Shown here: piece after piece, positions 40,729 to 51,291 of the stretch
Layout of the letters: the number at the start of each line of letters is the position of its first letter
Numbering within the stretch: position 1 is the first letter of the stretch
From: Vulcanimicrobiota bacterium
GTDB lineage: Bacteria; Vulcanimicrobiota; Vulcanimicrobiia; Vulcanimicrobiales; Vulcanimicrobiaceae
Assembly: GCA_963795855.1 (NCBI GenBank)
Contig: CAWCIZ010000001.1
Coordinates: forward strand, 544,001 to 608,000
DNA length: 64,000 nucleotides
Reading direction: 5' to 3'
Position numbers and translations under genes: made by a program
Notes under the pieces: model-generated
The model's input: the letters and a program-made list of their open reading frames with translations, nothing else
The model's database searches: none
Told to the model about the DNA's origin: nothing

Positions 40729-42343
40729 TCATAAAGACCATTGGTAAGCGTTCCAACCTTCGCTCGGTCCGTTTGGCGCGAAGTTCTGGAAGTTCGGATT
40801 CAGCGCGTAGCGCAAGCGAGGATAGAACAAGAAGACCGAAGCGGCCTCTGCGGCCAGCATGAACTGCGTCTTCGCATAAATCGCCTTGCGCTTGGTACGG
40901 TCGAAGGTGGCGAGCGCCTGAGTTTGCAGCGCGTCCATCTGCGGATTGCAATAGAAACTGTTGTTGTTGCCGTTCGGCGGCGTCATGGCGCACATCCACT
41001 GCGACGAATCGTCGGGATCGGCGCCCGCGACCCAGGCCCACAGCGCGAGGTCGAATTTCCCGTTCGACAGAATGCCGCCGTCGGCTTTGAGCGCGTACAG
41101 CATCTGGTAGGTGTACGTTTTGATCTGCAGGTCGATGCCGGCGCGGCGTAAATCCGCCTGCAACTGTACGCCGATTTGCCGGGCCGATTCGCTGCCTTGT
41201 CCGTACACGAACTGTAAGGAGAGGGGCTGTCCGTTCTTTTGGCGGATGCCGCCGCGGCCGACGGTCCATCCGGCGGCGTCGAGTAACTGCGCCGACTTCT
41301 GCGCATCGTAGGAATAGCGCGGCACGTTGGGCGTGTACGCCCAGTAGAAGTCGGCAAGATCGCTCGTGGCAGCCACAGCTGAGCCGTGTTCGACGTTCTG
41401 CACCATACGCTGCACGTCGATCGCGTCCCAGATCGCTTGGCGTACTCGCGCGTCGTCCAGCGGCGGATGCTTGAAATTGAAGATGATCGAATCGAAGCTG
41501 GGCGCTTTGATCGCAATCGTCTTGATGCCGGAAACGCCTTGCAGACTGCGCGTACGGGGAGGGCCCCAAATCGATGATCAGATCGGTTTGATGCGACCGC
41601 AGTTCCGCCACGCGAGTGTTTTCGTCGGGAACGTAATAGACGTTGATGCCCGCAAGCGCGGGCTTACCACGAAAATACGCTCTGTTCGCGAGCAGCTCCA
41701 CGTGATCGCCGTGAATCCATCGCACGATCCGGAAGGGGCCGGTGCCGATCGGCAGCGTGTTGAACGGCACGCGGTTTATGTTCGGATACGTGCCGAGCAC
41801 GTGTTTTGGTACGATGCGAAAAGGGTCGTCGCTTTCGCCGAACACCGTGTCGATGAACGGCGCGAACGGCCGCTTCAGGTGGAAGACGACGGTATACGGG
41901 CCGGGCGTGTCGACTGAGCGGACTTGATCGTACCCGCGCCGTTCCACGACGTTGTCGTTCGGATTCATGACGGCTTGCCAGGAAAATTTCACGTCCGCGC
42001 TCGTGAACGGTGCGCCGTCTTGCCATTTCACGTTGCGGCGCAGATGGTACACGATTGTGAGCCCATCCTTGCTGATCCCGCCGTTTTGCACCGTCGGCAC
42101 TTGTGCGGCGAGATCGGGAACGTCGTTTCCCTTGTCGTCTATCGTGACCAGCAAGTCGAAGGCGAGGCTTGCGATGAAGTTTTCCGCCGTATTCGAAGCG
42201 AGCAGGGGATTCAGCGACGTCGGTTCGGCGTAACTCGCGACACGCAGGACCGCGTTCGGATTAGAACCGCCCGCGGTTTCGCCCGTTTTACTGCAACCTC
42301 CGAGCAGCGCAAGGGCTGCGATGAGCGCCGTTACGCGGCGCAC
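40729..42343 (-). CDS. Peptide ABC transporter substrate-binding lipoprotein, frameshift near 41555
   Basis: Lipobox LGGC; VKWQDGAPFTSADV, PIGTGPF; C-terminal half in ORF 40729..41415. Confidence 0.85.
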
Positions 42344-43602
42344 CTGAATTTCCCGTACGCGTATGGATAGTCGGCGTAGAACCAGTTCCGCAAACTCGGA
42401 CGAATTAGTTCGCGCGCCGTCACCGGTGAGGCGCCTTTCAGGACGTAGTGCTTGCCGTCGAAGAAATCGGCGCTGTACTGCGGGTAGCTCGCCATCGGCT
42501 CGAATCCGGCAAAGGGGGCGAACGGCGTGCTGGTCCATTCCCAGCCGTTCCCGACCAAATCGTACACATCCCACGCGCTCGCGCCGGCGGGATGCGCATC
42601 CACCGGATCGGGGTCGAAGCGTTCGAAGTCGAAGTTGCCGTGCAGCGCGCTCGGCGCTTCGGCGCCCCATGGATACGCGCGCGTTTCGCCCTCCGGCGAA
42701 CCGTATGCCGCTCGGTGGTACTCGGCTTCGGTCATCACGCGAAGTCCGCGCCACGCCGCATATGCTCGCGCTTGCTCGTTGCTGACGTAAACCGGCCATG
42801 AAAGCGGAAGCGGCAGATCTTCGAACACGCCGCGCAGCTGCAATTCGCCGTCGCGCTCCACCCAGAATGGCGGCATGGGCGCACCTTCGCGCACGAATTC
42901 CAAATAGTCGCCGTTCGAGATCGCATACCGCTGGACGCTGAATGCTTCGACGTGCACGGTGACCTCGCCGAATTCGTTGTCCCATCCGAACGGAATCGCG
43001 CCGGGGCGCGCGCCGAGCGTCGCAGTTCCGGCCGGAATCTCCACGAATTCGTTGCGGGGAACGGTTGTATCGTGATGAGTTTGCGGGATCCGCCCTTTCA
43101 TATCCGGCGCAAGCCGGTGAATGATGTACACCAGCGTTTCGTGATGCATCTGCTCGTGTTCGAGAACGGTGAAGGCCGCTTCGCCGCGCACGAGCCGCGG
43201 CACCGTTTCGTCGACGAGTTTGGCGTGCGCGATTGCGGCGAGCACGCGATCGTCGCAGCGCCGGCCGAATGCCTCTATCTCCTCGCGCGCCGGCCAGTCG
43301 CTTCGCTCGTGCGTGAGAGCGGAATCGAGTCCCGACGGATCGATGCCGCGCTCGAAGAGCCGCTCCAGCCTTGCGTCGAGCGGACGCTCTTGCAACGCGC
43401 GTTCGTTGAGAACCAGAAAACTGAACGCGGGCAAATGCCCTTCATAGAAAGCGAAGGGGTGGCGCAGCGGGATCGGACGCGAATAATACGCCGCCGGATC
43501 GACCAAGCCGAAGAGCTGCGCGGAACGCTCGCGGTTTCGCCGGTACCACGCGGCAAGCGCGTCCCGGTCGAGCGAGGCTTTCGGGAGGGCCGCGGTCGTC
43601 AT
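42331..43602 (-). CDS. EgtB/OvoA-family non-heme iron sulfoxide synthase-like protein (DinB_2 + FGE domains)
   Basis: LRHPFAFYEGH, EHEQMHHET, FGWDNE, GNGWEWT, YSADFFDGKH. Confidence 0.8.
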   Translation of the reverse strand: MTTAALPKASLDRDALAAWYRRNRERSAQLFGLVDPAAYYSRPIPLRHPFAFYEGHLPAFSFLVLNERALQERPLDARLERLFERGIDPSGLDSALTHERSDWPAREEIEAFGRRCDDRVLAAIAHAKLVDETVPRLVRGEAAFTVLEHEQMHHETLVYIIHRLAPDMKGRIPQTHHDTTVPRNEFVEIPAGTATLGARPGAIPFGWDNEFGEVTVHVEAFSVQRYAISNGDYLEFVREGAPMPPFWVERDGELQLRGVFEDLPLPLSWPVYVSNEQARAYAAWRGLRVMTEAEYHRAAYGSPEGETRAYPWGAEAPSALHGNFDFERFDPDPVDAHPAGASAWDVYDLVGNGWEWTSTPFAPFAGFEPMASYPQYSADFFDGKHYVLKGASPVTARELIRPSLRNWFYADYPYAYGKFRCAA

Positions 43603-43622
43603 CGAGAATCCTTACTCCGGCT

Positions 43623-46600
43623 CTACAAACGTTCCTCGGCGCCGGCAAGCAAGGCCTCGAAGGCTTCCGCGTCCACCGGTCGAGAGAACAGGTATCCTTG
43701 CGCGCGGTCGCATCCGTGCGTTCGCAAGAACTCGAGCTGTTCGGCTTTTTCCACGCCTTCCGCAACGACGGTCAGCCCGAGGCTGTGTCCCATGGCAATG
43801 ATGGCCTTGACGATCGTTTCGTCGCTTCGCTCCATGCCGATGCCCGCGATGAACGAACGATCGATTTTGAGCTGATCGACGTCGAAGCGCCGCAAATAAC
43901 TGAGCGATGAATGCCCCGTACCGAAATCGTCGACCGCGATGGACGTGCCGATAGCTTTCAGGCGCCGTAACGTGTCGACGCTTTGCGCAACGTCCGCCAA
44001 GGCCATGCTCTCGGTAATCTCGATCTCGACGCGATTCGTGTCGAAGCCGGCCTCGGTAAAGACTCCAGCAGACGCTCGCACAGATGCGGATGATGAAACT
44101 GCCTGGCGGAAATGTTGACGGCAAGCGATACGGGCCGGCGCGTTTGCCAGCGCCGCGCGTCGGCGCCCGCATTCGCAATGACCCACTCGCCGAGTTGCAT
44201 CACCATCCCGGTCGCTTCGGCTACCGGAATGAATTCGTCGGGATAGACCAGCCCGCGCTGCGGGTGCTTCCAGCGCACGAGCGCCTCGACCGCGAGAATG
44301 CGCTCCGATACGACGTCCACGATCGGTTGATAGTGCAGCAGAAACTGCTGATGTTCGATAGCGCGGCGCAGATTTTTCTCGACGCTTAGACGCGTGCGCA
44401 GCGGCGTCTGAAACGTTTCTTCGTAAAAGAGAAAGCCGTTGCCGCCCTGACCCTTGATCCGGTACATGGCGATGTCCGCGTGTTTGATCAGGGCTTGATC
44501 GTCGCGGCCGTCATCGGGCGAGAGCGCGATGCCGATGCTCGTCGTGATGAATTGTTCGACACCCTCGACGCGGAACGGTTCTTCGATGGCGTGCAGCAGT
44601 TGCTGCGCGATCGGTTCGACCTGCGCTCTGCCGTCGATGCCGGGCAGCAGGACGATGAATTCGTCGCCGCCCATGCGCGCCACCGTACCGCTCTGCCCGA
44701 CGGTGCGAAGCAACCGATGCGCGGCTATTTGCAAGAAGCGATCGCCGGTTGCGTGGCCCAGCGTGTCGTTGATGTCTTTGAACCGGTCCAGATCGAAGAA
44801 GAGCACTGCGGAAGGCGTGACGTTCCCGCGCGAATCGATGAGTGAGTCGCGCAGGCGTTCCTGAAAGAAGAGCCGGTTCGGAAGACCCGTCAGCGAATCG
44901 TAGTACGCAAGCGTGCGCAAATGGGAGCGGCTGCGGCGGCGCTCGATAGCACTTCCAACGAGCGCGGCCATGAGCGCGATGGTATCGACGTCGACCTCTT
45001 CGAACGGCTGCTCGCGCTGCGTGCGCGAGAAGAACAGCAGCACGCCGTGCAGTGTGCCGCCGACGAGCAGCCGCGAACCAATCCACGTGCCGTATGCGCC
45101 ATCGGTCGCGCCTCCGACATACGTCGAGACGGGCTCGCGATTGACGAGCACCGCTTTCGCCAAATCGACCAGCAGTTCGTCGTCGCCCGCGAACAGTTCG
45201 AGGGAGTCGTACCGCATGTCCACGCTCAGGACGTCGGTCGAATCGACAATCGCGCCGCTCTCCATTCCGAGCAGACGGCATCCGGTCTGGAGCGTCGACA
45301 TCACGTGAGCGTCGGTGTATTCCGGTGTGGTTGCGAGCAAGTAGAGATCGCGCATGCGCTGCGCCTGCATCTCGAGTTTGCGCTGCGCGATTTTGCGCTC
45401 CGAAATGTCCTTGAACGCGCAGTACACGCCGACCACCAAACCTTGCGCGTATTTGGGAAATAGCGTCGTTTCAAGATGCAGCGGGCTGCCGTCGCCGCGA
45501 GTCGAGGCGATCTCGTAATTTACCGTTTCGCCGTCGACCGCACGCCGGAAGAAGGCCCAGCCGCGCTCCAAATCCGTTCCCTGCAAGAACAATCGAAAGT
45601 TCTGCCCTTGGATCTGTTCCCGCGGCCGTTGCGAGACGGTGGCCGCGGCGGCATTGAGGTCCAGGATGACGCCGTCGGTCGAGAGCAGCGCGATGCCGTC
45701 CGGGTTATGCGCGAAGAGCGAGCGAAAATCGCCTTCGAGATCGAGGAGTTCCTCGCGCTGCGCCGCCACGGTGCGTTCGGCACGCATGCGTTCGGTGACG
45801 TTTTCCATCAGGGCGTAAGCGCCGACGATTTGTTGTTGCTGCACCATCGGCAGCAGTGTGGCCTCGTACTGGATGATGCGGCCGTCGGCTGAATACGCAT
45901 CGACCGGAAACGAAACCGTTTCGCCTTTCATCGCTTGCAGTAGGTACTCGCGGACGCCGTCGCGCTGGCTCGGTGGAACGAAGTCCGTGACCGAGCGTCC
46001 ACGCAGATCTTCGAGCGCGTACCCGCTGATGCGCAGGCCTGCGGTGTTGACCTGCATGATGCGCTGATTGGCGTCGACCGCCAGCACAACCGCAGGATTG
46101 TTTTCGAAAAGAAGTTGAAAACGCATCCGTGCTTGCTCGAGCTCTGCGTTCGTTTGCGCCTGCTGCGCGGAGTGTTCGTCGATGCGCTCGACGGTCACGT
46201 TTTCGAATAGGCCGTACACGCCGGTCGGGCGGCCGCCCTCATTTCGCGGAATGAGCGTCGCGATAAAGTTGAGCCACCGCCCGTCGGCGGTTTCAAAATC
46301 GACGGCGGCGCGGGTGATCGTGCCGCCCAACGCTTGATCGAATGCGGCGCGAAATGCCGCGCGTACCGACGTCTTGCAATGCCGCCCGAGCGGAGTTCCG
46401 ACGAAATACTCGCGCGGGTAGCCGCTGTGCGCGACCGTTGCTTCGTTGACCTCGACGATGCGTGCTTCGGCGTCGTAGATCGCCGCCGGAAAAGGATTGC
46501 GATCGAAAAGCGAGCGAAAGCGCTGCTCGGCCGCCTCGCGCCACGACGCGTCGTACATCACCAAGAACAAGTACACCGACGCGCCGCCGTCGACGACGGG

Positions 46601-46900
46601 AATGGCGGTAACCTCGGCCAGGAACGACGACCCATCTTTGCGCGTCACCATGACGTCGCGCTGCAGTGTCTTTTCGACGCAGGCGAATTCGAGCGCATCC
46701 TCGAGAAATGCCCGCAGCGGCGCATCAGCCACCGAACGCAGATCTCTGCCGGTCAGTTCGCTTTGCGTGTACCCGCCGATCAGCGTACAGGCGGTATTGA
46801 CCGCGATGACCGTGCAGTCGCGGTCGACGGCAATGATTGCGCTGGGCGAGGCGCTGAAAAGCGACTCGAACGCGCGCGCGTCAGTGAGCCAAGTATTCAT
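43623..46900 (-). CDS. Multi-PAS/GAF-GGDEF-EAL protein, frameshift near 44060
   Basis: Four PAS repeats, DSLTGLPNR, GGDEF, EAL, DDFGTGHSS. Confidence 0.9.
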
Positions 46901-48317
46901 ACAATCCGTGGACGCCGCCCTCGCGCCCAAAGCCGGATTCGCGATATCCCCCGAATGGAGAACTGGGATCGAAGAGGTTGAATGTGTTGCACCATACGAC
47001 TCCCGCGCGCATGTGCTGGGCTAGGTACATGTTTTTACTGCCCTTGTCCGTCCAAATTCCCGCGGACAGGCCGTACGGGGTGTTATTTGCTTTTTCGACG
47101 GCTTCGTCCGGCGTGCGGAACGTCAGCACCGAGAGAACCGGCCCGAAAATTTCCTCGCGGGCGATGCGATGCGACTGCTGAACGTTGGTGAAGAACGACG
47201 CCGGGAAATAGTAGCCGCGTTCCGGCAAAGAGCACGATTGCTGCACGAGCACCGCGCCCTGATCGATGCCGCTGCGCACCAGTTCGTGAATTTTATCCAA
47301 CTGCATGCGCGAGTTGATCGCACCGATGTCCGTGTTCTTGTCGAGCGGATCGCCCAGGCGAAGCGTTTGCAGGCGCTCCGTTAGCCGCACGACGACCTCG
47401 TCGTGCACGCTTTCCTCTACGAGCAGCCGCGAACCGGCGCAGCACACGTGACCTTGATTGAAATAGATGCCGTTGACGATACCTTCGATAGCCTGATCGA
47501 GCGGCGCGTCGGCGAATACGATGTGCGCGGCTTTTCCGCCCAGTTCGAGCGTCACGCGCTTGCCGCTGCCGGCGAGCGCGCGTTGTATCGCCTTTCCGAC
47601 TTCCGTCGATCCGGTGAACGCGATTTTGTCTGCGCCGCTTTCAACGAGTGCGGCGCCGGTCGATCCATCGCCCGAAACGACGTTGACGACGCCGGGCGGC
47701 AGATCTGCCTCTTGCACGATTTGAGCCAATGCGAGCGCGGTCAGCGGCGTCGTTTCTGCGGGTTTGAGCACGACGGTGTTGCCGCACGCCAACGCGGGCG
47801 CGAGCTTCCACGCCGCCATGAGCAGCGGAAAATTCCACGGAACGATCTGGCCGGCGACGCCGATGGGCTCAGGCGCGCGCCCCGCGCGCAGCGCCCACTC
47901 GAGTTTGTCCGCCCAGCCCGCGTAATAGAAGAAGTGCGCGGCGGCGGTGGGTACGTCGAAGTCGCGCGCTTCCTTGATCGGCTTGCCGCCGTCGAGCGTT
48001 TCAAGCACGGCGAGCTCGCGCGAGCGCTCGGTGATCGCGCGAGCAATCCGGTACACGTATTTCGCGCGATCGGCGGGGCGCATTGCGCGCCAGTACTTGT
48101 CGTACGCTTTGCGAGCGGCACGGACCGCGCGATCCACGTCTTCGGGGCCGGCGTGCGCGACGCGCGCGAGCGGTTTTTCGTTCGCCGGATTTACCGTTTC
48201 GAAATAGCGGCCGCTCTTCGGAGCGGTCCACTCGCCGTTCACGAAAAGCCCGTATTCCTCGCGGATGACGGGTGTGGTCGTTTCGGGCGCTGGTGCGTAG
48301 TCGAAAATGCCGGTCAT
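46881..48317 (-). CDS. Aldehyde dehydrogenase (deoC-associated)
   Basis: PWNFP, FTGS, LELGGK, GHVCCAG, EEIFGP. Confidence 0.92.
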   Translation of the reverse strand: MTGIFDYAPAPETTTPVIREEYGLFVNGEWTAPKSGRYFETVNPANEKPLARVAHAGPEDVDRAVRAARKAYDKYWRAMRPADRAKYVYRIARAITERSRELAVLETLDGGKPIKEARDFDVPTAAAHFFYYAGWADKLEWALRAGRAPEPIGVAGQIVPWNFPLLMAAWKLAPALACGNTVVLKPAETTPLTALALAQIVQEADLPPGVVNVVSGDGSTGAALVESGADKIAFTGSTEVGKAIQRALAGSGKRVTLELGGKAAHIVFADAPLDQAIEGIVNGIYFNQGHVCCAGSRLLVEESVHDEVVVRLTERLQTLRLGDPLDKNTDIGAINSRMQLDKIHELVRSGIDQGAVLVQQSCSLPERGYYFPASFFTNVQQSHRIAREEIFGPVLSVLTFRTPDEAVEKANNTPYGLSAGIWTDKGSKNMYLAQHMRAGVVWCNTFNLFDPSSPFGGYRESGFGREGGVHGLYEYLAH

Positions 48318-48319
48318 CG

Positions 48320-49198
48320 TCAGTCTTTCGGAAAGTAATCCGGGCCGGCGTAGTGCCCGGTGAGTTCTTTTTCGTACTGCATCAGCAAATCGTCGAGCAA
48401 TGAACTCGCTCCGATGCGGAACATCGACGGAGTGAGCCACGCATCGCCGAGCGTTTCTTTCACGATCACCAAATACGTCAGCGCCTGTTTGGTGGTTCGA
48501 ACGCCGCCAGCGACCTTGAGTCCCGCCCGCCGCCCGGTGCGACGCGCATAATCCCGAATCGCTTCGCACATCGTGACCGCTACGGGGAACGTCGCGTTAG
48601 TGCCTACCTTGCCGGTGGACGTTTTGATGACGTCCGCGCCGGCTTCCAACGCGAGATCGGCGGCGCGCCGAACGTTGTCGTAACTTCCCAGTTCGCCGGT
48701 CTCGAGGATCACTTTCAAATGCACCTCGCCGCAAACGCGCTTCACGGCGACGATGTCGTCAAAGACCTGATCGTGGTGCCCGGCGAGAAAAGCGCCGCGG
48801 TCGATGACCATGTCGATTTCGTCGGCTCCGGCCTCGATGGCTTCGCGCACGTCGGCCAAGCGCACGTCCAACGCGGAGAGGCCGCTCGGAAACGCGGTTG
48901 CAACGGATGCGACTTTGACGGAACTCCCGCGCAGGGCATCTTTTGCGACCGCGACCAGACTCGGGTACACGCAAACGGCCGCGACGCTCGGAATGTCCTG
49001 GAGATGGGGAGCGGGGTTGATCGCTTTTGCGCACAGCGATCGAACGCGCCCCTGCGAGTCCTTGCCTTCGAGCGTCGTAAGGTCCATGCACGCGATCGCC
49101 AAACGAATGCCGGCGACCTTCGCGGTCGTCTTGATGGAGCGCTTGGATAGCGCTCCGGCCCGAGTCTCCAGCATTACGGCATCGACAATGGCCGTCAT
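48320..49198 (-). CDS. deoC: Deoxyribose-phosphate aldolase
   Basis: DLTTL, EIDMV, KVILETG, KTSTG, KVAGGVR, RIGAS. Confidence 0.95.
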   Translation of the reverse strand: MTAIVDAVMLETRAGALSKRSIKTTAKVAGIRLAIACMDLTTLEGKDSQGRVRSLCAKAINPAPHLQDIPSVAAVCVYPSLVAVAKDALRGSSVKVASVATAFPSGLSALDVRLADVREAIEAGADEIDMVIDRGAFLAGHHDQVFDDIVAVKRVCGEVHLKVILETGELGSYDNVRRAADLALEAGADVIKTSTGKVGTNATFPVAVTMCEAIRDYARRTGRRAGLKVAGGVRTTKQALTYLVIVKETLGDAWLTPSMFRIGASSLLDDLLMQYEKELTGHYAGPDYFPKD

Positions 49199-49199
49199 G

Positions 49200-50309
49200 T
49201 TACAGCGTCCCTCGCTTTTCTTGCTCTTTCTCGATGGAAACGAAGAGCGCTTTGAAGTTGCCCTTGCCGAAACTCAGCGAACCTTTGCGCTGGATGATCT
49301 CGAAGAAGACGGTCGGTCTGTCCTGAAGCGGTTTGGTGAAAATCTGCAGCATGTAGCCCATGTCGTCGCGATCGACCAGAATGCGCAAATGGCGGAGAAT
49401 CTGCATCCCTTCGTCGATTCGGCCGACCCGGGATTCCAGATCGTCGTAATATGCGTCGGGCGTGTCGAGGAACTCGACGCCGTTGTCCTTGAGCGCTCGA
49501 ATCGTGGAGATGATATCGTCCGTTCGAATCGCTATGTGCTGCACGCCTGCGCCGCGGTAGAAATCCAAATACTCCTCGATCTGCGATTTTTTCTTGCCTT
49601 CGGCCGGCTCGTTGATTGGAAACTTCACGCGGTGCTCCGCGTCGCTCATCACCTTGGATTTGAGCGCCGTGTATTCCGTGGAGATGTCCTTGTCGTCGAA
49701 CGAAATGAGCTGCGAGAATCCGAAGACGTTGGCGTAGAAGTCGCCCCAGGAGTCCATCTCGCCCCAACCGACGTTGCCGACGCAGTGATCGATGAACAGC
49801 AATCCCGGTTTGTGCGTCGCGTAGTTCTTGGGAGCGTGCACGTAACCCGGCAGAAAGACGCCGGCATAGCCGTCGCGCTGCACGAAGGTGTGAACGGTGT
49901 CGCCGTAGGCGGCGATCGTGGCGGTGATGACGCGGCCGTTCTCGTCTCGGCTCTCTTTCGGAGGCGCAACCGGCTTCGCGCCGCCGGCGAGTGCGCGCTC
50001 GTATGCGGCCTTCGCGTCGTGGACCACGATGGCAATGTCGCGAACTCCATCGCCGTGTTCGGCGGTATGGCGCGTGATCTCGTCGCCGGGACGGAGGCTC
50101 GAGGTGAGCACGAAGCGCAGCTTGTTCTGCACGAGCACGTAAGAGGCGCGATCTTTGACGCCGGTTTCGGGACCCGCGTACGCGACTTGATCGAACCCGA
50201 ATGCCGTGCAGTAAAAATGCGCGGCTTGCTTGGCGTTACCGACGTAGAACTCGACGTAGTCCCAATCGATCTTCGCCAGCGGGTTGCTTTCGACGACGGA
50301 CGTGCTCAT
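49200..50309 (-). CDS. hppD: 4-hydroxyphenylpyruvate dioxygenase
   Basis: IDHCVGN, PINEP, QHIA, LQIFT, FEIIQR, FGKGNF. Confidence 0.97.
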   Translation of the reverse strand: MSTSVVESNPLAKIDWDYVEFYVGNAKQAAHFYCTAFGFDQVAYAGPETGVKDRASYVLVQNKLRFVLTSSLRPGDEITRHTAEHGDGVRDIAIVVHDAKAAYERALAGGAKPVAPPKESRDENGRVITATIAAYGDTVHTFVQRDGYAGVFLPGYVHAPKNYATHKPGLLFIDHCVGNVGWGEMDSWGDFYANVFGFSQLISFDDKDISTEYTALKSKVMSDAEHRVKFPINEPAEGKKKSQIEEYLDFYRGAGVQHIAIRTDDIISTIRALKDNGVEFLDTPDAYYDDLESRVGRIDEGMQILRHLRILVDRDDMGYMLQIFTKPLQDRPTVFFEIIQRKGSLSFGKGNFKALFVSIEKEQEKRGTL

Positions 50310-50347
50310 GGAAGGGTGCTTTGCGGGATGACCGAAGGCGCCCTGTA

Positions 50348-51289
50348 ATGACCACGTCCGCTGCCGCCGCGCCCGCCGTGCGCGCTGCGTTCGCCGAGCT
50401 GATCGACTACGCCGGGCTTTTCCCGCCTGCGGATCTGGACGTGGAGCCGGCCGTGCGAGAATATTCCGCCTCCGCGGACGGTGCGTTTGCGTGGATGCTC
50501 GGCCGCTTCATCGTGCAGGCGTCCCGCGTGCCGCAACTGCTCGCAGCAGCAACCGCGCCGGCGCCCATACGGCTCAGCGCAATCGTCGACGCGGGCACCG
50601 ATCCGCGCGCGTGGCTTGCGCGTGTGCTGGCACTGCTCGAAGAAATCGCGCGGCTGCATACGGACGAGGCCCGAATCCGGATCGAGGCGCTGGAAATCGC
50701 GCTGCCGCCGCTGGCAACCATGCGCGAAACATACGATGCGGCGATCGGACAATTCGCCGCAGCGCTGCGGCGCGCGAATTTGCAAACGCTGCCCGCATAC
50801 GTCGAACTGCCGCGCGACGAGCGCTGGAGCGCCCAGCTCGACGGCGCGCTCTTTGCACTCGCTCGCCATCAGCTGGGCGCGAAGCTGCGATGCGGCGGCG
50901 TCTTGCCGAGCGCGTTTCCCAGTCCGGACCAAGTTGCCGAATTTATTGCAGCGGCCGCCGAGCATGGGCTGCGGATGAAGGCTACGGCGGGGTTACATCA
51001 CCCGGTTCGCCGCCCTGAGGCGCACATCGGGGCGACGATGCATGGATTTCTCAACGTTCTCGCAGCCGCAGCGTTTGCGCGGACGGGCGCGCGACGCGAG
51101 ACTCTCGTTGAGATTCTCTCCTGCGAGGACCCGGGTGCTTTCGGCTTTGACGAAAACGGTCTGGCGTATCGCGGCGAGCACGTCTCCGCCGCTGCGCTGC
51201 AGGCGACGCGCGAACGGCTTTTCGTCGCTTACGGCAGTTGCAGTTTCTCCGAGCCGACGGCCGATCTGCAAGAACTCGGGATCTTGTAG
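50348..51289 (+). CDS. Conserved hypothetical enzyme-like protein upstream of fahA
   Basis: LIDYAGLFPPA, KLRCGG, KATAGLHHP, HGFLN, YGSCSF.EP; stop 2 nt before fahA. Confidence 0.8.
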   Translation: MTTSAAAAPAVRAAFAELIDYAGLFPPADLDVEPAVREYSASADGAFAWMLGRFIVQASRVPQLLAAATAPAPIRLSAIVDAGTDPRAWLARVLALLEEIARLHTDEARIRIEALEIALPPLATMRETYDAAIGQFAAALRRANLQTLPAYVELPRDERWSAQLDGALFALARHQLGAKLRCGGVLPSAFPSPDQVAEFIAAAAEHGLRMKATAGLHHPVRRPEAHIGATMHGFLNVLAAAAFARTGARRETLVEILSCEDPGAFGFDENGLAYRGEHVSAAALQATRERLFVAYGSCSFSEPTADLQELGIL

Positions 51290-51291
51290 CG

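Noticed and set aside
39248..42985. 1245-aa ORF that looks like an SBP-isocitrate dehydrogenase fusion
   Set aside because: Artefact of the frameshift near 41555. The true SBP C-terminus is in another frame ending at 40729, and icd has its own AAGGAG RBS and GTG at 40702.
48804..50348. Long antisense ORFs (also 23984..25189, 54922..56055, 58580..59620, 62085..63323)
   Set aside because: Shadow frames opposite well-supported genes, expected at high GC, with no recognisable motifs.
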